Assembly: GCA_037379345.1 (NCBI GenBank)
Contig: CM074516.1
Location: 5,518,001 to 5,582,000 of the forward strand
From: Perna viridis
Lineage: Eukaryota
Length of the DNA: 64,000 bases
Reading direction: 5' to 3'
Position 1 is the first letter of the stretch, and each line of letters begins with the position of its first letter. The notes beneath the pieces were generated by a model. That model saw only the letters and a program-made list of their open reading frames with translations, ran no database searches and was not told where the DNA came from. The position numbers and the translations under genes were made by a program. Below, one piece after another: positions 62,097-64,000 of the stretch.

Positions 62097-63145
62097 ATGA
62101 GTAATCAAGGGAACCAAAGTTCTAGTGGAAATCAAAAGAGTGTTATCCAGGGACAAAGACCAGACATGGAAGAGTAATCAAGGGAACCAAGGTTATAGCG
62201 GTAAACAAAAGAATGTAATCCAGGTACAGAGATCAGACATGGAAAACAGACATACACAACAAAGAACATGAAGTAACTAAAATCATACATACAAAGTAAC
62301 AAAAGTAAATGAGCAACTCGGACTCCACTAAAAACTGTGAGCATGGACCAGGTGCACCGGTAGAGTAAGCGTCCTCTGCTTTTCTAGAAACACCCGCCGA
62401 GGTGCTCATAAAAAGTCAAGTCCGGGGTAGACAAACGAGGAAAGGGAAACTATGACCCATTGAATAAATCAGTTTTCATGATGCAGATGGATACACCATG
62501 ACGATCCACGAGTTCATGATGACGACCATAAAACTTCTGTAGTGATGACTTCAATCTTGTATCAACATAACTCTGTTCCAGAAGCCTATTTGTTAGAGTT
62601 CTAGTGCGATACAAACAGTCTGTGTAGTTTCGGCAAGCTCTGGCATAACGTATGAGTTGTGATATGAACACTCCATACTCAGGTGCTGAAGGGATGTTGC
62701 CACAGATGAAAGGAAAGTTGACAATTCTGAATGAAAAGTCATCACGTTTGTCGTAAAGTTTGGTCAATAGTTTTCCTTTACCATTGATTAGGCCAATATA
62801 TGAGGCTGACTTCACAGTGTCTGTAGTATCTTTTATCTCAAGTTCTTTTGGGTAGATGCGATGTATCAAATCCCCGAAATTAGGATTATTTAAAGATAAA
62901 ACGTCATCTATATAGCGGAAACTGAGATTGAAGGATCTAGCCAAACGATATTCTTTCTTTCTGATCAGATCAGCTATAAAGTCAGACACTCAACAAAGAC
63001 CAAAATAATACATACAAAGTAACAACAGTAAATGAGAAACTTGGACTCCACTAAAAACTGGGAGCATGGATCAAGTGTTCCTCTTCTTATCTAGAAACAC
63101 CCGCCGAGTTGCTCATAAAAAGACAAATCCAGGGTAGACACCAGG
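62097..63145 (-). mobile_element. 5'-truncated Penelope-like retroelement (RT C-terminus 62989-62450) with partial direct terminal repeats
   Basis: FRYIDDVLSLNN...IYPKELEIKDTT...KLYDKRDDFSF.IVNFPF..NIP...YGVFISQLIRYARAC; 62990-63140 repeats 62257-62432; absent from duplicate copy 1. Confidence 0.8.
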
Positions 63146-63713
63146 ATTATACCACAAAAACCGTATCTGTAATTGTGTTCTCATGATCCTGATTAGGGAT
63201 AACACAGTTTTTTTTTTCACATAACTCACAGTTGCAAGATGTTAACAAAGGAAGTGTTATGGTATTCTTATATTTGTCTTTATTTACTCGAAAAGACTGG
63301 AACAAATTGCCCCAACCCCAATGGACACTGACATAAATGTTCTCCTGAACGATACGATCACCATAGATACAAATACAAAAGTTCTCACGATCGATCCGAT
63401 CATCATAGACCGAAATAAATGTTCTCCCGAACGATACGATCACCACAGATATTAACGCAAATGTCCTTCCGAAAGATACAATCATCACAGAGACTAACAA
63501 ATGCTTATGCTAATCTATAACCTTTCTAGATCAATTTTCAAATAAGTCAACACGCTTCCGCTTTGGCCATAGAAGTGCGCTTAACGGGTGGATCCAGAAA
63601 TTTGAAATGGGGGGTGTTTATTTGCTCGCTTTAGCCCAAATTTTATACGAAATTACCAAAATTTTACAACAAAGTACGGAACCTCTCCCCCAGATCCACC
63701 ACTACACTCTATC

Positions 63714-64000
63714 ATTCCGAAAAAAAATGTCTTGTATAATTTCACATTATCTTTGCTTTCCAGTAAACCAAGACATCCAACGTAAGCCGTTTTATCATCG
63801 GTGAAGGCCAGGTAACCAGGATAAACAATTCCAACTGGTGCTGGGTTGATGGAAGAAATAAAGCACCCCGTATTGTCGAGAAAGTGGAAAATATCGTGAC
63901 TGTGATCACCTACTAAAAAAACAATCGGACGGAGTCCTGATGATAAAGGACGACCAAAACTTCTCTTTTATTACGAATGCTTGGATGTCCGTCGTATGTG
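63714..64000 (-). pseudogene. Second copy of the NHL-like pseudogene 3' end
   Basis: Highly similar to 54955-55250. Confidence 0.6.

Larger units (their letters stand above)
59300..64000 (+). repeat. Segmental duplication copy 2 (runs off window end)
   Basis: Colinear with 51440-55250, with copy-specific insertions. Confidence 0.9.

Overview
AT-rich, intron-containing animal DNA; the repeat families look bivalve (mussel-like), which is an inference. (1) Positions 81-9750 hold a dense, same-strand array of about 40 related ~80-nt hairpins in four sub-types (A, B, C/C', D). They show G:U-preserving and compensatory substitutions, an apical UGU and often a CNNC 16-18 nt downstream. This fits a large polycistronic cluster of an unrecognised miRNA family (predicted dominant 3p product UAGCACUUACAUGUGCUUGGAA), with apparent arm switching and many decayed copies. 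It probably continues off the left edge. (2) An intronless ankyrin-repeat gene ending in a CaaX box (22787-23671, -). (3) A 3-exon SVIP gene (-) missed by the ORF track, head-to-head with (4) a 13-exon inscuteable (INSC) gene (+, ~528 aa). (5) A tandem segmental duplication (~51440-55250 vs ~59300-64000) with a V-SINE-like element, an NHL/beta-propeller pseudogene and copy-specific TE insertions. The rest is MITEs, Helentron-like elements, an RTE LINE remnant, Penelope-like RT fragments and minisatellites.
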